The position numbers and the translations under genes are program-made. The notes beneath the pieces are model-generated. The model had not been told where the DNA came from and did not search any database. It saw only the letters and a list, made by a program, of their open reading frames with translations. From assembly GCA_015233335.1 (NCBI GenBank), contig JADFXX010000001.1:134302-198301 (forward strand): a DNA stretch of 64,000 bases, in the 5' to 3' direction. The DNA is from Candidatus Omnitrophota bacterium. GTDB taxonomy: Bacteria > Omnitrophota > Gorgyraeia > Zapsychrales > Fredricksoniimonadaceae. Shown here in pieces: positions 35,048 through 43,506 of the stretch (the first letter of the stretch is position 1; each line of letters begins with the position of its first letter).

Positions 35048-36091
35048 TTACACAAAAAATAGTTTGATCGCGAGTATCACCAGTATCACCACAAAAAGAT
35101 ACAACGTTATTTTCGTATTAAGCTTGGGCGCAATGCGTGCGCCAGCCTGCGCGCCAACGATAACTCCGACGCCCATCCACAAAGCCTCGGCATAACAAAC
35201 ATTGCCCAAAAATACGTGCGGTAAAAGTGCGATCGCGCAAGTTAAAAGCGTTACAAAGTGGCTCGTTGCGGTGGCTACGTGCGACGGATATCTTAAGAGA
35301 AAAATCAAGATCGGCACCTGGAACACGCCGCCGCCGATTCCCAGAAACCCGCATAAAAATCCCAGCAAAAGATTCATTGAAATACCAAGCTTATCATTGG
35401 AGTAATAATCGTATTTAACGCCGAAACTGTCCGTGAATTTCACCCGGCGGTGTCCTGCAGCCTTGGATTCCTTAAGCAAGACTTGTTCCTGCTCTTCTGT
35501 CTTGTCCACCCTCCCCACGCTCATGATGGTGTATACGGCCAGGAAGATCAGGAAAACACCAAAGACCTCATTAAAAAACGTCATGTTGATCAAATGATGC
35601 GTAAAACTAGATATCAAAGCCCCCGGCATGGCCGCCAGCGTGAATTGGATCCCGCCTTTGAAGTCGATCCTTTTTTGCATGGCATATCCGACACAGCCCG
35701 AGCCTGCGTTTAAAAAAACAATAAACAGGGATGTGGCAACCAAAAGTTCATTCTCCCAGCCATAGAAAAACACCAAAAGCGGGAGTATGATAGGGCCCCC
35801 GCCGATACCGACGATCGTCCCATAACATCCGATGATAAGACCGGTCACAAGCAACAGCCAAGCCGGCTGATCAGGAATAACCGCAGGGCCTTGTGGCGCC
35901 GTCATTGCCTGCGGAAGTGCAGCCAGCAATGAAGGCCCCGTGTTAAATCCCAGCTGTAATGACTGCGGATTTGTAGTCGATGTTTTCGAAGGGAAGAACA
36001 TCGCGGCAAAAACTACGAGCACGATCAGGATAACAAGCCCTATCCTGACATAGCCCGTCCAATTATAAACGGTTTCTTTTTTATCAAACAT
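35048..36091 (-). CDS. TauE/SafE-family permease (equivalent of the MamO C-terminal domain)
   Basis: 347 aa polytopic protein with two TauE-type halves carrying GIGGGPIILPLL and GIGGGVFQVPIL motifs. Confidence 0.75.
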   Translation of the reverse strand: MFDKKETVYNWTGYVRIGLVILIVLVVFAAMFFPSKTSTTNPQSLQLGFNTGPSLLAALPQAMTAPQGPAVIPDQPAWLLLVTGLIIGCYGTIVGIGGGPIILPLLVFFYGWENELLVATSLFIVFLNAGSGCVGYAMQKRIDFKGGIQFTLAAMPGALISSFTHHLINMTFFNEVFGVFLIFLAVYTIMSVGRVDKTEEQEQVLLKESKAAGHRRVKFTDSFGVKYDYYSNDKLGISMNLLLGFLCGFLGIGGGVFQVPILIFLLRYPSHVATATSHFVTLLTCAIALLPHVFLGNVCYAEALWMGVGVIVGAQAGARIAPKLNTKITLYLFVVILVILAIKLFFV

Positions 36092-36111
36092 TGATTATCC
36101 TTATTCTTTCA

Positions 36112-36146
36112 GTGTCATTGCGAGCCCCGAAGGGCGAAGCAATCTC
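36112..36146. repeat. Palindromic intergenic repeat, type A, left arm only
   Basis: gtgtcattgcgagccccgaagggcgaagcaatctc, between the PDZ-permease and TauE genes. Confidence 0.8.
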
Positions 36147-36154
36147 TACAAAAT

Positions 36155-37957
36155 TTATGGAAGCATGCTTAAAAATATTATATACACGGTCCCGATTGCC
36201 AAGACCATGATCGCGGCCGGAAAGCCCCGGCGGCTGTAGCTAGCGAAAGTCAGCCCTTCCTTTTTTTTAGGGTCCATCCCCAGCTCTTCGACAAGGGTCT
36301 GTGAAATAATTCCCGCGGAAGCCCCTGAAATGCACGCACAGGCTCCGGCGATCGATCCGATATTCAAAGCCCACCACACCACATCCGTAAAGTCAGCAAA
36401 TCCAGATGAAATGACAACAGGGACTAGAAACGCTGTGGCCGGCCCGGAATTCAAAAGAGCCGTCAAGACAGTCGTCATCAACATCAAAAAAATGGGATAC
36501 AGGATCTTGTTACCCATCGCCATGCTCAAAAGCATATCGGAGATGACCTTCAAAAGCCCGGCATACAGCGCCCCTCCCACGATCAGGAAAAGCGCTATAA
36601 AAAATAATATATCCATCAGGCTGATCTTTTTGATCACCTCTTTGGCCTTGTGGTTCTCGATAGCTAAAAGTAAAAACCCCCCGCCCAATGCGATCGGCGC
36701 CAGATGGACCCTGAACAACGGCAATATAATGAAAGCGACCAAGACGCATCCCAAAATAAAAAGCACTTTTTTGATGCGCGGCCAATCCATATGCATTCCG
36801 CCAAGTTCTTTTTCAACCTTCATCAAAAAAGCTTTATGAAGCTTGAGGGACCTGATCTTGTCCTTATGGCGCAATTCGAAATACCACAAATACCATAGAA
36901 AGACAGCCAAATAGATACAGCAAATCGGCCCCATCACGATCAAAAAGTCAAGAAAGGTCAGACCCGCGCTCGAGGCCATCAGCATGTTCGAAAAATCACC
37001 GATCGGCGTGATATTCCCTCCGATCACAGAAGAAATGATTTCGGCAACGACGACCCCGACAGCATCAAAATCCATGCCGCGAGCCGCATAAATTGTAATA
37101 GGAATGATGATCAAAATAACGGAAATATTGTTAACGAAGGCAGAGGCGACAAAGGTCAGTACGCATAAAGATAGGATCACCTTGACCGTATCAGCCTTGA
37201 GTGCAACAATGACCCTTTTAGCGACATATTCAAAAACACGCAGGTCTTCTAAAAATATGGCAAAAATACTCATCCCGATAAAAATGAAGATCGGGCTCAT
37301 GCGGATCGCGTCAAAAGCCTCGGATTGATTGTAAAAACCAAAAGCCGTACCCGCAACCAGCATCAGAACAGCGCCAAGCGTAACGCATACCGTCCTGTTG
37401 AAAAGATTAAGGAAAAGCATGGTGAATGTGACCGCAATGATGACTAAAACTACCAGAATATCCCGGCCGCTTCCCTGCAGAATATCCATCCCCGCGTTGA
37501 CAGGGATAGTCTCACTCATATTAAGGGTCCTGCCTTGACGAGAAATGACAAAGGTGATCTTGTCCCCCGGCTTACTCTGCGACATCAGATACGCCATGTG
37601 ATTAGCGGACTGAACATCCGTACCGTTACATTTCAGGATAACATCACCGCGGCGAATATCAAAAAGACGGCGGGAAGAACCTGAGGGAACATTGTTGACC
37701 AATACGCCGGCCACCTGAGAAAGATTGAAATCCCGGGCAATGATAGGATTGACAGTGATGCCTTCAAATTCAATGGCATTAGTACCTGCAGACTGGGCCA
37801 AACGCGGTGAGCCGCGCTGGGGCATATTCCTGCTGTCCATAAAAAGGGCGACTAACACCACGATGACAACCAGGGCGATCGCGGCCTCCATGAACGGAAA
37901 ATTCTTAAACCGCGTCAACTTCTCTTCATCGATAGATCTGCGGATATCTAAAGCCAT
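36155..37957 (-). CDS. PDZ-fused ArsB/NhaD (CitMHS) superfamily permease, MamN-like candidate
   Basis: 600 aa. A TM helix, a PDZ domain (AGVLVNNVPSGS...RGDVILKCNGTDVQSANHMAYLM...GDKITFVISRQG), then an ion-transporter body with SAFVNNISVILIIIPITI and GGNITPIGDFSNMLMAS motifs. Confidence 0.7.
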   Translation of the reverse strand: MALDIRRSIDEEKLTRFKNFPFMEAAIALVVIVVLVALFMDSRNMPQRGSPRLAQSAGTNAIEFEGITVNPIIARDFNLSQVAGVLVNNVPSGSSRRLFDIRRGDVILKCNGTDVQSANHMAYLMSQSKPGDKITFVISRQGRTLNMSETIPVNAGMDILQGSGRDILVVLVIIAVTFTMLFLNLFNRTVCVTLGAVLMLVAGTAFGFYNQSEAFDAIRMSPIFIFIGMSIFAIFLEDLRVFEYVAKRVIVALKADTVKVILSLCVLTFVASAFVNNISVILIIIPITIYAARGMDFDAVGVVVAEIISSVIGGNITPIGDFSNMLMASSAGLTFLDFLIVMGPICCIYLAVFLWYLWYFELRHKDKIRSLKLHKAFLMKVEKELGGMHMDWPRIKKVLFILGCVLVAFIILPLFRVHLAPIALGGGFLLLAIENHKAKEVIKKISLMDILFFIALFLIVGGALYAGLLKVISDMLLSMAMGNKILYPIFLMLMTTVLTALLNSGPATAFLVPVVISSGFADFTDVVWWALNIGSIAGACACISGASAGIISQTLVEELGMDPKKKEGLTFASYSRRGFPAAIMVLAIGTVYIIFLSMLP

Positions 37958-37997
37958 TATCTATTTCCTCTCAGTAAGTTTCCTTGCTAATTTCTTA

Positions 37998-38091
37998 GTG
38001 TCATTGCGAGCCCCGAAGGGGCGAAGCAATCTCTACAAAATTAGATATTCTTTCAGGGATTGCTTCGTCGCTTCGCTCCTCGCAAGGACAC
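37998..38091. repeat. Palindromic intergenic repeat, type A, full copy
   Basis: gtgtcattgcgagccccgaaggggcgaagcaatctc ... gggattgcttcgtcgcttcgctcctcgcaaggacac, between the mamQ-like and PDZ-permease genes. Confidence 0.9.
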
Positions 38092-38103
38092 AACGAAATT
38101 ACA

Positions 38104-38928
38104 TCACTTCGTTTTTGTCATCGCGGCCCCTGCGTTATTGACAACAGGTTCGTCAATTGAAGGAGCCGTTAAAACAGCATCATCCCTTTTGGGCCTTATA
38201 TATTCTATAGAGTCGGGATTACCTGTCACGCGATACGGTATGATATTGCCTTTAGTGACATCATCATCCACCTGCGCGTAATGGAACATCCTCTCTTTAT
38301 ATCCAAATACCCAGGCATAAAGACAACCCGGAAAGCTGCGCACAGCGGCATGAAAAACGCTGGCGGCCTTGTTATATTCCATACGGCTTGCGGCAATACG
38401 GTCTTCAGAGACGATCAGGGCATCCATCAATTTCTGAAAATTCTGACTTAACTTAAGGTCCGGATACGCTTCAGCAACGGCCATAAACTTGGAAATAGCG
38501 TCCTCCATATTGCCGGCACCTCCGGCCTTGCTCAAATCAAGCAGCCCGCCTTTCTTGAGCGTCTCAACAAGTTCTTCTGCCTTACCCACATTCTCGGCAC
38601 GCTTATCGGCCATATACTCGTACATCGATCTCTCATGCTCTGCGTAAGCTACGACCATCCGGGCGAGATTGACAGCAAGGTTCCGTTTTCTTTGTTGCTG
38701 CACTTCGATCTGATGCTGCTCCATTTCGGTAAACCGGGAAAGACCGACGAATTTGTTAAAATAATAAATACTGCCCGCAATCATAACAACAGCCAAGGCA
38801 AGCCCCAAAAAAAGGTATTTATGATCCAGCTTGTTTAGGTCGATCTTAGTCCACCATTGATTTTTTACAGGTCTTAGCTCTTCAAAATCACTGGGAAAAA
38901 GCCTTTTGACCGTGTCTGATATTCTCAT
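38104..38928 (-). CDS. mamQ: LemA-family protein, MamQ-like
   Basis: 274 aa. An N-terminal TM helix and a LemA-type helical domain (QQQRKRNLAVNLARMVVAYAEHERSMYEY...AYPDLKLSQNFQKLMDAL). Adjacent to the TPR and CDF genes. Confidence 0.75.
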   Translation of the reverse strand: MRISDTVKRLFPSDFEELRPVKNQWWTKIDLNKLDHKYLFLGLALAVVMIAGSIYYFNKFVGLSRFTEMEQHQIEVQQQRKRNLAVNLARMVVAYAEHERSMYEYMADKRAENVGKAEELVETLKKGGLLDLSKAGGAGNMEDAISKFMAVAEAYPDLKLSQNFQKLMDALIVSEDRIAASRMEYNKAASVFHAAVRSFPGCLYAWVFGYKERMFHYAQVDDDVTKGNIIPYRVTGNPDSIEYIRPKRDDAVLTAPSIDEPVVNNAGAAMTKTK

Positions 38929-39766
38929 GTTTTTTTACCCCCCCCCCCCGCTTCTGAACTTTTTCGACATCCATAGCTTTCTTGAAGCAGACGATGGCGT
39001 CCTTATGATTACCTGATGTTTCATAAACAAATCCCAAAGCCTGATAATACACCGCCTGACGAGGTTCAAGATCAATGGCTTTTTTGTAATATTTCTTGGC
39101 CTCTTCGATCGATCCGGTCTTCTCCGAGCAGGTGCCCAAATGATAATAAATATCTGCTTCATCCGGATGGATATCACTGGCCTTTTTAAGAAAAGTCATA
39201 GCCTCCGGATACTCCTCTATAGACAAAAGACAATCCCCTAGCTCGGTAATAATATTAGGGTCATCTTTTTCCAGCTTGTCTGCTTTTCTTAAATATTCGA
39301 TAGCTTCCTTAAATTCCTCCAAGTTCTTATGGCACATAGCGATCATATAAAGGATGTTGGCATCCTTATCATTTCCTTCCTCAATATAGGAAAGAAATGA
39401 ATCCCTGGCTTTTTCGTAATCCCCTTTATCAAAAAATTTAAAACCCTGTTCCTTGTTATAATTGATCTTGGCTTCAGGCGGTGCCACAAATACGCTTTCG
39501 TAAGCTTTTGAAAGACCGTTCAAAATACGCTCAGCCGCTGAAACAGATGCGAATGCGGCAACCTTCAGCTTCTCCTGGATCTGAGGCACGGTTTTCTGCT
39601 CTTTCTTCACTGTTTTGGATTTAAGATGCCTTTTGACCGCAGGCTTGACTTCCTCATCCGAGCCGGCATCTTCACCCGTAATAACCTCATGAGCGACTTG
39701 ATCAGCGTCAAACACGCTCTTCTTTTCTTCGATATCTTCCCTTTTATGCTTCTTCAATTCTTCCAT
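38888..39766 (-). CDS. mamA: TPR-repeat protein, MamA-like
   Basis: 292 aa. About 5 TPR units in the C-terminal 190 aa (YEKARDSFLSYIE, EFKEAIEYLRKA, YPEAMTFLKKA, IEEAKKYYKKAIDLEP, HKDAIVCFKKAM). The 3' end as written depends on a G12 tract (see findings). Confidence 0.75.
   Translation of the reverse strand: MEELKKHKREDIEEKKSVFDADQVAHEVITGEDAGSDEEVKPAVKRHLKSKTVKKEQKTVPQIQEKLKVAAFASVSAAERILNGLSKAYESVFVAPPEAKINYNKEQGFKFFDKGDYEKARDSFLSYIEEGNDKDANILYMIAMCHKNLEEFKEAIEYLRKADKLEKDDPNIITELGDCLLSIEEYPEAMTFLKKASDIHPDEADIYYHLGTCSEKTGSIEEAKKYYKKAIDLEPRQAVYYQALGFVYETSGNHKDAIVCFKKAMDVEKVQKRGGGVKKHENIRHGQKAFSQ
38938..38949. repeat. Homopolymer C12 (G12 on coding strand) followed by T7 (A7) at the mamA-like/mamQ-like junction
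   Basis: Counted directly. It encodes RGGGV near the end of the TPR protein, 10 nt upstream of the mamQ-like ATG. Confidence 0.9.
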
Positions 39767-39804
39767 ACTTCCTCCGATTTAACTGTCATCCTGAAAATTT
39801 AACT

Positions 39805-39868
39805 GTCATTCTGAGCGAAGCGAAGAATCATAAGATATCTTAAAATCCTTCGCTTCGCTCAGAATGAC
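39805..39868. repeat. Palindromic intergenic repeat, type B, full copy (overlaps the mamB-like stop)
   Basis: gtcattctgagcgaagcgaagaatc ... aatccttcgcttcgctcagaatgac. A partial extra arm gtcatcctgaa is at 39785..39795. The right arm supplies the last codons and the TGA of the CDF gene. Confidence 0.9.
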
Positions 39869-40758
39869 ACCAATTTCTTTGCTACAAGATTCTCCTTACA
39901 CGTAAATGAAATCGTCACATCCTTGATCTGCACAAAACGGCGCATCAGGGCGGCGCGCACTTCACGGCATATGGCATGCCCATCCTTGACCGTCCATTTA
40001 GGATCAATGATGATCTCCATATCGATCCAGGCCTGCTGGCCGACCCTGCGGGCATGGATATAATTGATGCCCCTGACTTCCTTATATTTGAGCGCTTCTT
40101 TCTCAATAAGTTTTTCCCTGTCACCCGGCAGCGTTTCGTCAATAAGATTCCTGAACGCCTGAATCCCTAATGTAATCGCTGAACGCATGATCATAAGCCC
40201 GACAAAGATGGCGGCTAGCGCATCAAGGATCGGAAAACCGATATTCGCCGCAAAGACACCGACCAAAACCGCAATGCTTGATAGCATATCAGAACGGTTT
40301 TCCTGCGCATTGGCGACCATGGCCGGAGAGTTCAATTTCTTCCCTGCGCAAAAACCATAGGATGACAAAATAAAATTAGCGATGATCGCAACTAACGCGG
40401 CAAAAAAGGCCGCCATATGCGGCGGATGAATTACACCGCTTGTGATCACCACAATCGCATCTACCAAAATCATTACAGAAATAAAAAAAAGCAATACATA
40501 AGCAAAAACAGCTCCAAGAAATTCCGACTTCCCCAAACCCCAAGGATATTTCTTATCATCCTTGTGGCGGGATAGTGCGACCGTGATAATGACCATGATG
40601 GTCGTGACCACGTCGGTTCCTGAATGGATGCCGTCCGCGACCAAACCTTTAGATTTGGCAATATGCCCGACATAGATCTGAAAGATGGCCAGCGTCAAAT
40701 TTCCCAGGAGCACAACCCAAGGGACTATCTTGCCGCATCTAACGCATTTTTCTTGCAT
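39859..40758 (-). CDS. mamB: Cation diffusion facilitator, MamB-like
   Basis: 299 aa. N-terminal CVRCGKIVPWVV (compare MamB CxxC + W), TM2 ADGIHSGTDV (HxxxD), TM5 NAQENRSDMLSS (compare MamB NAWDNRSDAISS) and a C-terminal cytoplasmic domain. Confidence 0.8.
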   Translation of the reverse strand: MQEKCVRCGKIVPWVVLLGNLTLAIFQIYVGHIAKSKGLVADGIHSGTDVVTTIMVIITVALSRHKDDKKYPWGLGKSEFLGAVFAYVLLFFISVMILVDAIVVITSGVIHPPHMAAFFAALVAIIANFILSSYGFCAGKKLNSPAMVANAQENRSDMLSSIAVLVGVFAANIGFPILDALAAIFVGLMIMRSAITLGIQAFRNLIDETLPGDREKLIEKEALKYKEVRGINYIHARRVGQQAWIDMEIIIDPKWTVKDGHAICREVRAALMRRFVQIKDVTISFTCKENLVAKKLVSF

Positions 40759-40778
40759 AATCTCTGACCTGTTCTAAT

Positions 40779-40846
40779 GTCATCCTAAGCCCGAAGGGTG
40801 AAGGATCTTAAGATATCTTAAGATTCTTTGCTTCGCTCAAAATGAC
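40779..40846. repeat. Palindromic intergenic repeat, type B, full copy
   Basis: gtcatcctaagcccgaagggtgaaggatcttaag ... cttaagattctttgcttcgctcaaaatgac, between the two CDF genes. Confidence 0.9.
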
Positions 40847-40856
40847 AAAAAACTCT

Positions 40857-41756
40857 TTAATTCTCTGCCGGAACGACCTGAATTGCGATGTTACCGATAT
40901 ATTTGTCTTCACTGCGTAAAAACGCCCTGACCGATTGATTGATCGCCTTGGCCTCAAGGACGCTGATATTCGGGTCCATCTGCATGGTAATATCAAGGAC
41001 GATCTTTCGTCCTGTCTGGCGCGCCCGGACTTTATTGACATGCTTAATGCCTTTAACCGAAAGGATCCTGTTTTTGACCGTCTCCAGATAATTTTCCGGA
41101 AGATTCGTATCCATGATCCCCTTAAGGCCGTCTTTAAGGATGCCGAAACTGCCGTGAAGAACATGCGCGCATTCCAAAATGGCGATCGCAGGGTCAACCC
41201 AGTGCAGTCCAAAGCGCGTTAAAATAACACCGACGGCAACCAAAATAGACGAAACAACGTCGATCTTGTTATGCTCCGCATGCGCTTTGAGTGACGGGCT
41301 GTTTAGCTCAACACCGGCACAATGAGAAAATTTATAAAGCAGGCCGCTGATAATGGCGCTTAGGATCGCCACGAAAAAAACGACCGTGTGCTGGACAATA
41401 AGGACTTTTTTCGCAATGACAATGAACGAACTTAAGATGAGCGCGACCGTACCTAAGATCATCAAGGCACTCATTCCGACCTGGGCAATGAACTCGATCT
41501 TTCCGTAACCGTAAGGATATTTTCCGTCTGCCGGTTTCTTTGAATACTTGACGCCCAGAATAACAACAATAGAGGAGCCGACGTCGCTTAAATTACAAAG
41601 ACCGCTGCCGATCAGAGCACGGCTGCGTCCCAAAAACCCTACAAAAAGCTTAAAAGCCGCGAGAAATACGTTAGCCAAGATCCCCCAGAGGATCGTCTTG
41701 CGGGCACAGGATTCGCATTTCTTGGGATCTTTATGTTTCTCAAGCCTCATCTTCAA
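40857..41756 (-). CDS. mamM: Cation diffusion facilitator, MamM-like (variant transport site)
   Basis: 299 aa. N-terminal CESCARKTILWG, TM2 GSGLCNLSDV (CxxxD instead of D/HxxxD; MamM has YxxxD) and TM5 HAEHNKIDVVSS (HxxxD). Confidence 0.7.
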   Translation of the reverse strand: MKMRLEKHKDPKKCESCARKTILWGILANVFLAAFKLFVGFLGRSRALIGSGLCNLSDVGSSIVVILGVKYSKKPADGKYPYGYGKIEFIAQVGMSALMILGTVALILSSFIVIAKKVLIVQHTVVFFVAILSAIISGLLYKFSHCAGVELNSPSLKAHAEHNKIDVVSSILVAVGVILTRFGLHWVDPAIAILECAHVLHGSFGILKDGLKGIMDTNLPENYLETVKNRILSVKGIKHVNKVRARQTGRKIVLDITMQMDPNISVLEAKAINQSVRAFLRSEDKYIGNIAIQVVPAEN

Positions 41757-42015
41757 ACAACTCCTGGCCCTCTTCCGTCGATTCAGCCAATTTACGTCTC
41801 TGCTTTAACTTCGCGCCAAAATGGGTCATGAGCCAAAACATGTTCGATATGCCCAGCAAGTAAGAGATCGCTATGATATAAATCAGCCCGCATTGCCGGT
41901 TCTTGATGAGCGGCAGCCATATCCGTACAGGATCGGAATTCTCAAAAATAAAAAATCCCAGCAAGATAATTGCTAAAAGCCCTGCAATGATTTTTATGAC
42001 TGTCTTGACCTTCAT
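41740..42015 (-). CDS. Small membrane protein, LapA/DUF1049-like
   Basis: 91 aa with two TM helices and an acidic C-terminal tail. Overlaps the mamM-like start by 17 nt. Confidence 0.45.
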   Translation of the reverse strand: MKVKTVIKIIAGLLAIILLGFFIFENSDPVRIWLPLIKNRQCGLIYIIAISYLLGISNMFWLMTHFGAKLKQRRKLAESTEEGQELFEDEA

Positions 42016-42029
42016 CGGATTTCCTTAGA

Positions 42030-43217
42030 TCAAAATGCCGTTCCCGATAATTTTTTCAAAATAACATGGCAGTTGTTACACCGTCCGCGGTCCTCATGAG
42101 GCGCGACCGCTCCCTTTACGATAGGAGGAGGAGAAGGCAAAATGTCCCCTGCATCCGTCGGAAGCTGACCGCCGGTGATCATAATGATGTGACATGAAGT
42201 ACAAGGCTGATTCCGGCTTCGATGCGGGCTCAACGCGCCGGGTGTAATGGGCTGAGCCGCCTCATTTTGCGAAAAGCCCAAGGTCCTGACCGATGAGAAC
42301 GTAAATTCGATCAGCTGGCCGCGTCTTGATACTAAAACCTGCGCCTTATGCCTGTTCTTAACACGTCTGGTGGCCTCAGTGAATGCCAAAAGATCAGGAG
42401 TGGCAAAGCCATCAACGGCCACGACCATATCCCCTGCCAATATTCCGGATTCAGCAGACTCAAGGGCTATCTCATCCACCAAAAGACCCTTGGTGTCCGG
42501 AGGGATCCCATACTCTTTGGACAATTCCGGTGTAGTCGGTATAAGCTCCATCCCCAGCCAATGGCCTTCAACTAATTCTTTCAGGGCCGCACCCTGTTCT
42601 TTGGGTGTCGGAAGGATCACTTGAGGAGCATTCGAAGGGGCGGCATTTGAAGGAGCAATAGCCCCCGCTTCTGCAGTTTCCGCAGGCGAACGGTTTGCAA
42701 ACGCCGCAGGCATCATCGCCTGAGGCTGACCGGCAGTTCGGGTGGTATCTGCCATAGTCCCCGTCTTGGGACCGACATTGAGCATTTTTTTAATCTTATC
42801 ATGCAACCCTAACTTGTTCTCCATGGTGATATAAAGCGGCTGGCCGTTGCGAAGAAGATCCAGAAGAAATCCCGGCTCCTGACTGACTGCCCTCGCGACT
42901 CTGAGAAAATCCCCTAAAACATATATCTTCTGATTATTGATTGCTTTAATAAGATCGCCGCTGCGAACACCGGCCTTATATGCCTCACCCTCGCACCAGT
43001 TGACCACAACTCCCTGCTCATCCTTGGGGATACCAAATTCCATTCTCATCGCAGGTGTCACATTAGAAACCGACATACCGCCCCATTCCGCATCACCTGC
43101 GCCTATATGCATGAGTGCAGCAATAAAGAAGAGGGCAAGCCCCACCAGAACGGCGATGAGTAAAAACTTCATCCGTCTTTGCTGTCGCATTTCTTTAAGT
43201 TCAAGTTCAATAGCCAT
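42030..43217 (-). CDS. mamP: Double-PDZ, double-magnetochrome protein (MamP-like / MamE C-terminal-like)
   Basis: 395 aa. A TM anchor, two PDZ domains (AGVRSGDLIKAINNQKI; SGILAGDMVVAVDGFAT) and two magnetochrome motifs, SPHRSRNQPCTSCH (CTSCH at 42189..42203) and APHEDRGRCNNCH (CNNCH at 42066..42080). Confidence 0.8.
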   Translation of the reverse strand: MAIELELKEMRQQRRMKFLLIAVLVGLALFFIAALMHIGAGDAEWGGMSVSNVTPAMRMEFGIPKDEQGVVVNWCEGEAYKAGVRSGDLIKAINNQKIYVLGDFLRVARAVSQEPGFLLDLLRNGQPLYITMENKLGLHDKIKKMLNVGPKTGTMADTTRTAGQPQAMMPAAFANRSPAETAEAGAIAPSNAAPSNAPQVILPTPKEQGAALKELVEGHWLGMELIPTTPELSKEYGIPPDTKGLLVDEIALESAESGILAGDMVVAVDGFATPDLLAFTEATRRVKNRHKAQVLVSRRGQLIEFTFSSVRTLGFSQNEAAQPITPGALSPHRSRNQPCTSCHIIMITGGQLPTDAGDILPSPPPIVKGAVAPHEDRGRCNNCHVILKKLSGTAF

Positions 43218-43226
43218 ACGGTTTTT

Positions 43227-43490
43227 TTATTTCCCTAATTTTTCAGCGTCAATATTAAAACGTTCGATCGCGGTATTACACTCCTTGCAGACCCACAGGT
43301 CACGCTTGGCTCCCAGCATATACAAACCGATCAGGATCAGGGGAATCCCCAGAACCATGCCGATCCAAAAAAGGACGGCGATAATACCAAAGATGATAAA
43401 AAACCCGGCGACCTTGCGGTTGTAGCGAGGCCCTGAATACTGCTGCATTTCACCGTTGCAATGTGTACAAATAATAGGCTTACCTGCCAT
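43227..43490 (-). CDS. Small membrane protein with split zinc-ribbon (CxxC...CxxC)
   Basis: 87 aa. CTHCNGEM at the N-terminus, two TM helices, and CKECNTAI at the C-terminus. Confidence 0.45.
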   Translation of the reverse strand: MAGKPIICTHCNGEMQQYSGPRYNRKVAGFFIIFGIIAVLFWIGMVLGIPLILIGLYMLGAKRDLWVCKECNTAIERFNIDAEKLGK

Positions 43491-43506
43491 AAATTACCCC
43501 TCCCTG

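Noticed and set aside
40808-41212. 134-aa minus-strand ORF in an alternative frame within the mamM-like gene. Similar nested ORFs occur at 29573..30019, 20406..20750 and 34554..34880.
   Set aside because: They are nested out of frame inside well-supported CDSs, are Arg/Ser-rich and lack motifs.
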